Shown here piece by piece: positions 39,830 through 52,642 of a DNA stretch of 57,749 bases. The stretch is taken from contig NC_068988.1 of the NCBI RefSeq assembly GCF_001194135.2, positions 67,962,200-68,019,948 on the forward strand, given 5' to 3'. Source of the stretch: Octopus bimaculoides (Eukaryota). Position numbers and translations under genes: made by a program. Under the pieces are notes generated by a model. It made no database searches. It had not been told where the DNA came from and was given only the letters and a program-made list of their open reading frames with translations. Within the stretch, counting starts at the first letter, position 1, and every line of letters starts with the position of its first letter.

Positions 39830-42107
39830 TTACGTATGCATTTTTAAAGAGGTACACACGGGTAATATATTTTTTATTATATAAATGTCGGAAGAGTCAT
39901 GCTTGCAATACTTCTGACCATAAGTTTGTTAGAGCTATGCTTTTATGCAAATTGATTGTGATGTAATGTTCTTACATAACAATTATAAATTGCGCATTAG
40001 AATACCGCCTGTCATCTTTATATTGAGTTGCTGCATTGTTGCGTCGTTGTGTTATTATGGTTCGTTGCATTGTGTTGTGTTAAAATATTTTTGCTAAGTG
40101 CGTGTTAGTGTATTGCGCTCGTATTTTTCGTTGTAATGCTTTGTTTCTGGTGTTTTGATATATCTACTAGAAAGCCTAGAAAATCAACGTTTGATAGTTA
40201 CACCACGCTTCTCAATGGACTTACTGAGGCATATTTCAACATCGCAATGTAAGTCCTTCAACTATTATCTGACTATATTATAGTATATTATATATTAAGC
40301 ATCATCCAAAAATATTTTATTGCTGTTTTATTTTTTTTTTTTCAATTTTCCAGATAATAAATTCTAATGAATCAAGAGGATTAGAAACCTATCTGGCGCA
40401 AGTTATGCTATGTTTTCAATGAAAATACATTATGATGCAGTGGAATATAATACAAGAGACACTCCATCCTATATATTTGAGATTAGTTCGATTTCTTAAT
40501 ATCTATAACCGTTGTATTGTTAATAACTATGAATAATTCATAGAAGGAAACTGATAAGTTTCTTAGCTATTTTCAGGTAAATATTGTTATGTGAAGAAAC
40601 ACGAGCGTCATTTATTTATTTCAGCGAATCTATAAACATTGTTACATGTAATCATTCAGTAAACACACTAAATTCAACAACTACTCATTATTTCTACTAT
40701 ACTGTACTGAAATCAAACCATGTGATTTTCAATTAAGCTAAACAGTTTACATTATATGCATATCTACATCATCATAGAAACTAGGAATTACCACTACAGC
40801 TTATACGCATATAGATTAAATTTAAGTTTGCATTAATCATTAATGTACTTAACAAAATACTTACTGAAAGCGTATCCTTGCACAAATTTGGAAACACGAT
40901 CAATCATTCTTCGTCAATATTGAGAGTGAAACCGGCATATATGTCTTCCATGATTCATATTATATGATCAACATATATGGATGTATGAAATAATTAGAAT
41001 ATTAAATAAATGACGATATGGAAAAAATGGAAAAGTGTTCTAAAACATTTTACGCTATATGAAGCTAGAAGAATGTGTGATACAACCCCTCACGCACATA
41101 CTACATTGTGTATATATATATGCATATATGTATATATAAATTGAATTTAGCCGCCGTGGTGGAGTTGGATTAGAAATTCCGAGCAACAGTGTAACCTTCA
41201 TTTCATTGAGGTAGCTCAAGTTGATGGTTAGCTAAGTTGAGCCTAGCTCGTTATACTACTATTACATTAAGAGCTTCAGCTAGTTAAGAAACATATGAAC
41301 CATGCATTTTACCTGTTACACTCACACAATTTGGATTTATGCTCGTATTTGTAGCAGTTCTAGTTGCTAACTGTAAGCTATATAGAAACTATTAGCTTAT
41401 CGAATTTCTTCACAACTTCATTATCGTATACTTTCCACTTATTCTTCTCTATACCTGTCTCTCACTCATTGACGCTTGCTATCATGCTACACTCAGATTC
41501 CTGGATCACACACACACACACATTATATATTAATATATACATATAGTAGACAAAAACAATGGATTGTTCAACACATCGCGACATGTGTTTCGATAGTTGA
41601 ATTATCTGGAATACTTTCCTCCGTACTAACCTGCTCAGCTGAAAATACGCGGAGATGCATCTAAGTTAATGTCATGATCCATTTGATCCCCTCTCTCTAT
41701 CAGTGTGATCCGCTGCTACATAATTTCCATTCGGGTGTTAAATTTTTATTTGATTATTTTAAGCTCATAATGTAACTATAAATCGGAGGTCAATTTTTTT
41801 TCTTTTGGATCATATTACCGAAAATCCATAATATATGTAATATAATCATTGACGAAAAGAGTGGAGTGGGCAAATTCTTTTATTACTTGGGTTTACAATG
41901 GTTTCACGGATATTCGAACTCAAGGACATACATCGTAACATATATGCAATTATAGACACAAGATTTATCAGTATACTCATATAATCAAGTGTCAGTTCAT
42001 AAGAATTCAATATATAACACAACAGTGTATACATGCATATATACATACATATATACATACATACATACATACATGCATGCATACATATATATGTATATAT
42101 GTATATG

Positions 42108-42139
<32 letters not shown>

Positions 42140-42250
42140 TATATNNNNNNNNNNNNNNNNNNNNNNNNNNNNNNNNNNNNNNNNNNNNNNNNNNNNNNNN
42201 NNNNNNNNNNNNNNNNNNNNNNNNNNNNNNNNNNNNNNNNNNNNNNNNNN

Positions 42251-42309
<59 letters not shown>

Positions 42310-42430
42310 TGTATATAATGTTTTAATTATATTTTATTGTCAGCCCGACTTTACTTTGAAAAATGTGTTGAAATTATAATTATCTAAACTACCAACAACA
42401 TATACTACACTTCATGAGTCATATATATTA

Positions 42431-42628
42431 ATTTTCAATCTTGGCACAAAGCTACCAATTTCAGGGAAGGAGATATGTCGATTATATCTACCCCAGTCCG
42501 CATTTATTTTATAGACCCCAAAAAAGATGAAAAGCAAATTTGACCTGCGGTGGAATTTGTGATTTGAACGAAATCCTGCTATGCATTTTGCTCGCGATGC
42601 TAAAGATACTACCAGTTCACCACCTTTA
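42431..42628 (-). mobile_element. SINE family A, degenerate
   Basis: Same block order as 37903-38105. Further fragments at about 5060-5260, 38505-38625, 55655-55740, 55877-55955 and 56925-57050. Confidence 0.7.
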
Positions 42629-45600
42629 TAATTTCCATATTAAAGAGAGTATTGCAGTGATATTATATTATGAAGCGCTGTAATTTTTTGTCCTCCTTAC
42701 TTCACTTGGAACACTCATACAGTTGTAAACGTCATGAGGATCATTAAATCTATTACCATGTAAAGTAAGCCAACTGTGATTCACTGAATACATTAATACA
42801 CCTCAGAAATTGATATTCTTTATCCTCTGCCATATTATGTGATGTCCGTTAGTAAGTTTTAATTGAGAAGGTCAAAGAATGAGTTAAGTGAGGGCAGTGA
42901 CATATACTTAAATTATTGATTTTAAATTGCTCACTCAATACCAAATAGCCCCACGTTGTAGCCGATATGAATTATCCGGCTCTTTGCGATAACAATCTTT
43001 GCAACAGTATCATAGCGTATAAAATGAATGATAACACTACTCCATTATTCCAAAATTCGATTATCAATATAATTGTTTTCCTATGATATCTAACGAAGGA
43101 AATATGTCTGCTGTTCTGTCGTTTCCGAAAAATGGAGTGGGTCGTTTAACTTTCACAAGATTGTCGATGAAGACATGGCGTCCAAGTGGTTGTATATTAG
43201 TATGCATGTACGTTTTGATATATAAATATACCAGGAGAAATATAATGTTGCAGAAATACCCACACATACACACGTACACACATACACACACACACTTAAA
43301 GATGTTCATCATATATATTTATGATTTCGTCATTAAACTTGAGTGCCTAAGTGTATATATGTGTGTAAAAAAAAAAAGACATCACTTACATATGACGGAG
43401 ACGTGCGCACATCTGTGCATATATGTTTACTATTTTACCGATGCATACAGCAAGACACTCACAAATATATAAAACGCAAAATTGTCTTCTATTGCATAAT
43501 TTTTTTCTGTGCGCTGCTTGTTTAATTCATATTTTCTAGAGAGCAAATACGTCTTACACCCACGCACAATTTTATACATGTATATATATTTACATAAATA
43601 TGTATATGCACATGCATATATATATATATATATATATATANNNNNNNNNNNNNNNNNNNNNNNNNNNNNNNNNNNNNNNNNNNNNNNNNNNNNNNNNNNN
43701 NNNNNNNNNNNNNNNNNNNNNNNNNNNNNNNNNNNNNNNNNNNNNNNNNNNNNNNNNNNNNNNNNNNNNNNNNNNNNNNNNNNNNNNNNNNNNNNNNNNN
43801 NNNNNNNNNNNNNNNNNNNNNNNNNNNNNNNNNNNNNNNNNNNNNNNNNNNNNNNNNNNNNNNNNNNNNNNNNNNNNNNNNNNNNNNNNNNNNNNNNNNN
43901 NNNNNNNNNNNNNNNNNNATGCATATATATATATATACATATATATATACATATATATATATGTATATATATACATACATACATATAAGTATGTATATAT
44001 ATATGTAGATATATGTATATATATGTGTGTGTGCGCGCGTGCGTGCATGCGTGTATGTCTGTGCGTGTGCGTGTGTGTGAGTGTGTGTGCGTGTGAGTTT
44101 AAATTTGAGTAGAAAGTAGACAGAAAGTCTATCATGGAACATTATGTAGTAAAACGTTTGTGTAAATATTGCACCACACACACGCACAAAAAGAACGAAA
44201 CACGAAAATTTCAGTAATTTATGCTTGTTCAATTTAAACAGCATTTACTCTCAAATTTATGTAGTTTTCTCATTTTAATATCACTTATCAATACAATAGA
44301 ATTAACAAGAGTAAACACGAATTGAAATCAAGAAAAACAGTGGCCAGATTTAACATATGCCAAATAGATCAACCTGAGCTTTTAATTTTCACTGTTCCTA
44401 TAAGTTTAGAAACCATATGTTAGTTAATTTAATGGCATTAAAAGACATAAATTTTAGATGTTCCTTATATCTAGGACGACGAATGTACAGTCCAAGAAAC
44501 AGATATTTAAGATGAACGATTAAATGACGAATTGCAATTGACAGCCTTACAACTTGAAAACAATTACAGCTACTATTTGGACCATTCACATTTCAGACAT
44601 TTGAGTAAATAGGATGTGTTGCCTCATTGTTACTGGTCAAATTAGCATCATATATGTCACTCATTTCTATTTTAGAATGTTTTCTAATGCTTCGTCCCTC
44701 TCTTTCATTCAGTGATAACCTTGACTGAAGGAATCCCAGATTCCCATGATCGAATCACAGTACTTTGTAGGTCCGTTCTCATCGCTAGTATATTCAACGA
44801 TCTTGTTCCTTCTATTTATTTATTACTCTTAATTATCTTATTAATGAACAGCTCAAAATATGTAGTTGATGTTTAATCTCATGCATGACTGCATTTTCCA
44901 ATAACTTTGGTCTAGAAGTTTGTGTACTGTAAAAGAGATTGATGAATGAGGGACTAATATTAATATGATCCGCCTGATTTCGCTTTGATTTATATTTTGA
45001 ATTATTTAATTAAATGTTAGCGGAATCAAAGCTTCAGTATTAAGGTGGTGAAATTCTTTGCTTAATCATAACGTGATTCCATTCAGTTATCGTGGCCAGC
45101 GTTTCACTTTTATCTTAAGATTCAAATCTCTTCATTGCATTCATATTTTATTAAAGAAAGCAACGGTAACATTGAAAGATAAGTTATATCAAGGCAACTC
45201 GAGCTATTGTCTGCTAAGGGTCATAATCAAGAATATATTACTCGATCAATTAATTTGCTCCAGTTCTAAAACCTCAAACGACTGAGACTGGTGAAATAAT
45301 CTTTCCTTTAAATTTGTGAATTCAAATCGAGATTCTGTCAATATTGTCTCTAGCAGTTCAAGAGTCATAAATAAAAATCTGTGTGTTATATACTAATGAT
45401 TTCAATCGACTAAATCCAGTCACTACACATTTGTAACGTTGCACTTAATGAGTAAACGTATATTCAGTAAGTACTTAGAGGAATCGTCATAAATCTCACC
45501 CCGTTTATTCTACAATGCTATTGATAAAAGCAGAAGCTACATAAATCACTTCTTAGCTGCGGATGAATATGAAATGTAACCCATTAAGTAGAGTGTTGTT

Positions 45601-46941
45601 ACAGGAAATTAATTACATATGAATCGTTTCGGAGTGAACTTCACACTCCACTTAAGATTCTGAGAGAAATGTTGTTGACATTTGCTACAGGTTTATAGTG
45701 AAGTGGTTTAGAACAAATCAAATGAATTTGTTCCAGCTGTGTCAACATCTTTACTCTGTTTACTCAATAAAACAGGAACATCCGTGGCAGGTTCTCTTTT
45801 TGTCTTGTCCTATACCTCGATGTCAGACTATGATGAATATACACAAATAAATTGATAGGTCAGATAAGGGTAAAAAGGTAGTATTTGTGATCGTTCTCCG
45901 GAACCCTTAAATCAGACATGTGTTTGAATGCTTACAACGCAGTGGACACTGTTACAAGTAGCAATCTGGAAGGTGCTGACGCCTAACCGGAAGATAGATT
46001 AGCTTTAAACCACGAAAAAGTGATGTAGTTTCTCCATCAAGTTTCTTTACAGTATCCGTTACTTCAGTACTTCGAAATTCCCTTCACTTAGCTTTTATCG
46101 ATTTGCAGCTATAACAGAAAAACATGTCCAAATCGTGCGGGGAAACTGAACGCGAAACAGATCTGTTGAGAAGTGAAATACATAACAACACAAGAGTGAC
46201 TTGCATATAGTCAATGACTCTGATGAATTCAGATGTACTGGAATGATTTTTTTACATGTTCAAGGCCTTGAGCGATGTGCTATTCCCGAAACATTGCCCA
46301 ACATTACCCAAACAGTGAATTATAATCAAATCACGGAATTTGATTATAGTTGAAAATTACACTACCACACAATACTAGTAAATATAGGTCTGCATGATAC
46401 ACACGTCCAGGATATTTATCATAACCAGAGATCTTACCGAAATGATGCAATTTTGAATATAATCACTAATTATTTACATTCTTTTGAATTTTAATATGCA
46501 CATAATCAAATGAATATACTACTGATTTCCAAATATTAAAGTGCATGGTGAATTTTTTTCAATACGAAAGCTTGACTAATATGTATTTTCCATATTCACT
46601 TTTCACTCCTATATGTATATGTCATAGTGAGCTTAAATATTTAGTAGATGTTAGATTAATACCGATCCCTATCTCACATTATTGAACCCAGAAGCAATAT
46701 CCGATTAAAATATTTTATATTCGTTAATCAGTTTTAATTACAAAACAGGTGGTAAGAGCACAAACGCGAGATTCCACTTCAAAAATTATCGGATATATGA
46801 AGTCAATATTTAGTATTTAGGAAATTAAATCATGGTAACAGGTTCAGGTTATAAATTCATTAAATAGTAATATGTTTAAGTTACTTTCACAACAATAAGG
46901 TCCTACATTATTTACATTATGTACAATCTTGTTTGTTGTTA

Positions 46942-46985
46942 ACACAACGTTTCGGCTGATGTACCCTCCAGCCTTCATCAAGTGT
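46942..46985 (-). ncRNA. Minimal type I hammerhead ribozyme motif (C3U variant)
   Basis: ACAC-UUGAUGA-A-GGCUG(GAGGGUACAU)CAGCC-GAA-ACGU-U-GUGU: stem I ACAC/GUGU, stem II GGCUG/CAGCC, palindromic ACGU as helix III. Confidence 0.75.
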
Positions 46986-47079
46986 CTTGAAGAAATTTCG
47001 AACCTGGGTTCTCATTCCTAAGGTATTTTTCGATGTTGTTGTTGTTGTTATTGTTGTTATTATTATTATTATTATTATT

Positions 47080-47462
47080 TTATGTTTGACTTTTGTTTTG
47101 CATTTGTACAAGTTGGATCCAAGTCTCACCCAGAGACCTCAAGAGACAACAAGTTAGAAGTTCATGTAGGTGTTATGCCTAGGGTACCATATATTTGGAT
47201 TTGTACAGTTTTGTTCAAGTGAATGTTTAAGAAACCATAAGAAAATTATGTGTTTGCTTTAAAATTTGAGATCACATAGACAGTATTTTACGTAGGATAT
47301 GGGCAGTTCCCATGAGCACTANNNNNNNNNNNNNNNNNNNNNNNNNNNNNNNTGACAATAGGTATTGTTTTCGTCTTCAGATTCCACATTTTGCTAATTT
47401 CTATTTCAAGATCTTTATATTTGCTCAGTTTTTGGTAGGTCTTGACAGATACGTTTATACCC
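47080..47462 (-). mobile_element. 5'-truncated R4/Dong-clade retrotransposon 3' end (RLE endonuclease tail plus 3' UTR)
   Basis: INVSVKTYQKLSKYKDLEIEISKMWNLKTKTIPIV[gap]VLMGTAHILRKILSM*, stop at 47272-47274, about 190 nt of UTR, flanked on both sides by (TAA)n. Confidence 0.92.
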
Positions 47463-47544
<82 letters not shown>

Positions 47545-47643
47545 CATCATCAGCAGCAGCAGCAGCATCACTATTATTATTCAGGTTACTGCCTGGAATC
47601 GAACTCGGAATCTTGGGGTCAGTAGCCCGCACTCTTATCCACA

Positions 47644-47713
47644 GGCATATGGCGTAATGGTTAACAGCGCGGGCTACTAACCCCAAGATTCCGAGTTCGA
47701 TTCCAGGCAGTGA

Positions 47714-47783
<70 letters not shown>
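47644..47783 (+). mobile_element. Inverted tRNA-like head plus (AAT)n of the same family
   Basis: GGCATATGGCGTAATGGTTAACAGCGCGGGCTACTAACCCCAAGATTCCGAGTTCGATTCCAGGCAGTGACCTG(AAT)n, with A and B boxes present. Confidence 0.9.
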
Positions 47784-47784
<1 letters not shown>

Positions 47785-47817
47785 TTAACAACAACGAAAG
47801 AGCCACGCCTGCTCTTA

Positions 47818-47863
<46 letters not shown>

Positions 47864-49002
47864 TTAGTTAGGGCGTGTTTTTGTGTGCATGTAGGCATGA
47901 GCGCGCGTGTGTCTGTATATGTTCATGTACTTCTACATCGACGACAGTTTTAAACGTCAAGCAAAAAAATTAAAAAATGTTCCGTGCGTATTGGCATCAA
48001 ACGACAGTCTTTATAACAAGTGGTTGTTTTGATGCAGACATGTAGCCATATTCGTAAGTGTTCAGCATTAGCTATATAAAATTAATACCATAAATATTTC
48101 AGTGAAGTTAATACCTGAAATAATGAAGAAATACTTTCCCTAAAATCCCACGAAAGTGATACAATAGTTTGTGGGAGATTCCGTTGCTATTTCTAGTAGG
48201 TCAAGAATCATCTTAGAATCTCTCTTGCAAAGCGTTCAGTGATGATAGCGGGGATATGAGATTCAAATGCGTTATATATGACATGTTTCATCAATACAAA
48301 TTAAGGGAAATTGCGCCCGTGGGACTTCCTGAATGGCATGCTAATGAAAATTTACCAAGAAATGTTTTTGGTAGTGCGGCCCACCTAATGATGAATCATG
48401 TCTTACGCAACCTGCTTCTGGAAAAGGTTACCTGTGGTCTATATTAACACGAAAGAACTGAAAATTTATAGCTACGGTTGTTCCCAGTGAAGAATATATA
48501 TGAATGAGATTCCTAACTACTGTCTCACTGATAGGTACCTACGTGTCTGTAATATTTATGCCGTGTTTTACGTTTGTTTATACCTAAATCAACAAGAATA
48601 TTTTGTTTTTGATCATTCATGTGTATTTACTACAGAAAATTCTAATAATATATGATTTTCCACATGAATGGCTAGTTTAATACTTCCTTGAAGTTGTTTA
48701 ATTTAAGATTCGTATTTTTTCCTTAAATTTAGTCGATACAATCATTAATAGTGTTAGGCTGTATGATAATTCAGATCACAAGATGAAAAACACCAGATCA
48801 ATGTTCCGGAATGTTGAGGGGGTGCGGTGGGAGAAGAAGACAAGAGTTGAGAGAGTGGAAAGCGGACGAAATGGAGATAACGAGGAGGATTGAAAGAAAG
48901 ACTGCGAGTTATCAAGCAGGTTTCAGTTTAAGCGAAGAGTAAAATAAACTAAGAGTATTAATCATTGTAACTCACGATATAGCACATATAAGTAGGACAT
49001 AA

Positions 49003-49290
49003 GTGTACGTGCAATTCATGATGAGGTACGTAAGACATATCTTGGGTATTACATGGAAAGACAAGGTGAGAAATATCATAAACTATAAAAGAAACCTTGT
49101 ACAAAGAAATCTTCATCGATTTAAACATGTTCAAAGTTTGGGCCACTATTATTACTATGAGAAAAGAGCTGGTCAGAGTTGTTTTGTGGTATATGAAATC
49201 TAGAGAGTTTACAACTGAGATAAATGGACGTAGCTGTGAATATGATAATAGGACTGTACCTCGTCAGCTACCAGTAAAAGAAAAAGAAAA
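49003..49290 (+). mobile_element. RTE-clade LINE RT C-terminal fragment
   Basis: FMMRYVRHILGITWKDKVRN matches RTE F..RCLR.ILGI.W.DKV.N; downstream DNRTVPRQL. Confidence 0.75.
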
Positions 49291-51004
49291 TCAATTCTGA
49301 TATTACGAAATATGATATTTTATATTGTCAGGATTGACTTTTATTTTCTCAAATGTCTAATAAGGAAATTAGATAGTGGGTGTTTGCTTCAACTGATCTT
49401 TCTAAGGTTATTTTGAAACGAAAAAAAAAAAAGAAGAATTTCAGCTATACTTAGCAACATTTTTGTTTTTAACTTTAAAATATTTTGGTAATAGAAGTGT
49501 TTTTGATAATATGATGGCAAGACTGAAAAAATTCCTTGAGAAGCTGAAATGAATACTTTGCTGTTATTAAATAATTATGTATAGCAAAATAAGCGGCTGC
49601 TGTAACGTGATTAATTTTTACTGCTTTTTTTTCTCGGGAGATGACGGAGACAAAATGCTTAAAAAATGCAGATAGAATAGAAATCACTAAAAAGTCACTA
49701 TACTACTCTGCAAATGAAATGTGAACTTAACTGAAAACCTGGATGAACGAGGCTTATATACTGGACAAAAAATAAATAATCAAATAATGTATATAAATGC
49801 CGAAGAGAATACAAAAATGGAATATGCTCAGACATTATTAAATGGAAAGCAAATATCTTAAGTAATTTCGTAAAAGGAGACACGGACGTAAAGTAAACTG
49901 GCGTCATCTGGCGTCGTTTTCCAAAAGAATGAATCTACACAGGAAATGATTGCTTCCCGTTAGGTCCACATTTTTTTAAAAGAAGGTTAATCTAAGAATC
50001 TGTTATTTTAATTTACTTCGTATGCTAGTAGGCACGGCTAGAAGATCACACTTCTAAGTTGTTTTGTATTGATTTCAATACATTTCCACTTTTAATTACT
50101 GATGAGATGGTTGACGTATCAACTGTTCAGAAGAATTAAATATCAATGATGAATAAAAAAGAAAATTTCTTTCAAAAGAAAATGATCAGTGACAAATCAT
50201 GAGTTTAGACTGAAGTGTGATAATTGAGAAAGGAAATATGAAATCTATTTTATACAAATGGTGAAGAATCGGTACATGTGTGAAACAAAATGAAATATCT
50301 GATTTCACATGAAATGAAAAGGGGATATATATGATGACTCGGAAAGTCTGATTATGAATTTGTAGACATTGTTATTTAAGTAGAACAGTAGAGTAAGAAT
50401 ATAAACAAATAGAGCAGTGATTGAGCAACGAATAAATGTTGGCGAACGTGTTAACATGCATGGGACTACATCAAAGAGCTTAAGACGAGATTGTAAGTGA
50501 AGCAGGAGAGATTAATGAAAAGATTTATTTTTACCGTTGGTAAAGTTAATGCATTATCAAGATCTTGATGTTAGACATCATTTTAAGAAACTGAATATTA
50601 CGAGTTTCCAAAATACAGACTAAAATACTTCCATCGCATTAAAATACAAAACGGCGCCTCACAGAATAAGTTCTATTATGTCTGCTACAAGCCATTCGTT
50701 GTATCTGGTTTAGTGCCAAATTTTCAACAAGAACAAAACGTATCAGTTAGCAACAAGTTGTTTCTATTCGTTTGTCAATGATTTATCAATGGCATTCTTA
50801 CCAAAAGTGATTTACCCGTTTCTGACATAGTGTACTCATTTGTCTTTTTTCAAGATAGTGTGTAATTTGAAGATAATTTGGCTCCTATTTCAAGAAGTTA
50901 AGGATACTCAATTCAGAATTTCAAATTCTCTGGGATATTACTATAGCTGCTTACAGCGGTAAAGCCAAACGATATAATTTCGGACGCAATTCCTTCCGGA
51001 CTCA

Positions 51005-51230
51005 TATAGACCCATAGAGCCAGTTTCCCGATTTCCACCGCCTATGTATTCTTCATCGGCGCGAGACGTCGGTCTGCCGCAAGATGACTCATTTTTCCCA
51101 GTTGAGTAGACTGGAGCAACGTACAATGAAGTGTTTTGCTCCAGAACACAAGGCGTCACCCGGTTCAGGAATCGAAATCACAATCTTGCGATCATTAGTC
51201 CAACATTCTAACCACTAAGTCTTCCTGCGC
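51005..51230 (-). mobile_element. tRNA-headed CORE-like SINE with a different 3' tail (family G)
   Basis: Minus strand: GCGCAGG...TTAGTGGTTAG (A box)...GATTTCGATTCC (B box)...TGTGTTCTGGAGCAAAACACTTCATT (CORE-like). Confidence 0.8.
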
Positions 51231-51233
51231 GAG

Positions 51234-51353
51234 ATGTTTATAGCACCTAAGTTTGCCAAGCGATCACCCATCTAAGTGCTAACTAGGCCCGTCGTTTCTT
51301 AACTTCGGTGATCGGGCGAGAAACGATGAATTCAATGTGATGCAGTGCATTTT
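51234..51353 (-). pseudogene. 5S rRNA pseudogene
   Basis: The minus strand contains CTCGCCCGATCACCGAAGTTAAGAAACGACGGGCCTAGTTAGCACTTAGATGGGTGATCGCTTGGC...AGGTGCTA, collinear with metazoan 5S over about 120 nt. Substituted, single copy, no array. Confidence 0.92.
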
Positions 51354-52576
51354 GACTTCAGCGTATCCCAAATATAATTCCCTGTGTTGCTTGTATATCA
51401 AAGGTTTTATATCTTAGCGATTACAAAGAACACGGAAATGATGGTCATCTATTCCCTTATGAATCAACAGAAATCATAAAGAGACATCACTTTTGGTCGA
51501 CGTGCTTGACATCAAAAAATCATGATAAGGCAGTGGGCATCACAATTACTGCCTACTTCTCACAGAAATATACACTTTTATTTGAGCCACACATACTTTG
51601 ATCATTTATTTGCAATCGAGATATTTTCGATAATGAATAAAAAAAATACTCTGCGTGAACAATATATACCCTGAGGAAAGTAAGAATGTAAATCTCATAT
51701 TTATTCTTCTGACAAAATACATGAAGTTTGCAATTATCTCGTGAAAGAGCCATTTTAGCCATCTAAAAGCATTAATTCTGTTATGTTCGCTTTTCATTTA
51801 ATCGTGAGAGTTTCCTCTCAAGAGGAATCGTTGGAATATATTATAAGCAACTTTGGTCTCTCCATTACCTGTGCATAACCCTTAAATCTGGCTAATATGG
51901 CTGTACATGACATCCATAATCCGTAAGCAATTTAAAAACTACCGTACGTGCAACATCAGGATACGGGAAAAAATTATATCGTGTAAATACGAAACATTTT
52001 TTTCAATTTTATATTCTTTCAATTTACTTATTAATCTTTATTGAATTGTCGGAACAATTTCACAGAAATATTAATACCAATGAGGAAGATATTAACGTGT
52101 ACTAATAATTGTAGTAGTGAAATTCCAGTAGAAGATTAGCTTGTCTGTTCAATCAACTATGAGCGTTTATGCATTGCAACCAGAACGCTCTTTATAAAAA
52201 TCCATGTCTAATCTAATCAGGGAACATTCTATAGAGCATCTTTTGTGTAAGGAAAAAAGATTGGACGTCATGATACTGCACATTGGATATGCGACACGAG
52301 TCTTCCAAAGACACGGATTCAGAAACTTCAATCTGGTTCACTTAATTGGAAATGGTGACAAATTTAATTCCTTTAAAGCAACCATTGAATATTTTCAACT
52401 TGCTAGTCGCCCAGCAGGCAGCGACTATTAATTCTCTCTAAATGATAAATAGAACTTAAAGGAATGCTGTATGTGAACCTTTCCAGGGTGCCAAATTGCT
52501 AACATAGAACCTATGTTTTCTTCAGATTTAAACCCTGGAAATTCGTGTGTTTGTCTATGTGCATGTATACACACAC

Positions 52577-52628
<52 letters not shown>

Positions 52629-52642
52629 ACACACACATATAG

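Larger units (their letters stand above)
46910..47642 (-). mobile_element. tRNA-head/(AAT)n/hammerhead element interrupted by an R4/Dong insertion
   Basis: Head 47581-47642, AAT tract 47463-47580, insertion 47080-47462, residual tract 47036-47079, body 46910-47035 containing the hammerhead motif. Confidence 0.85.

Noticed and set aside
47644-47717. Functional tRNA gene (anticodon ACT)
   Set aside because: No proper acceptor stem pairing, followed by (AAT)n, and repeated as the head of a mobile element.
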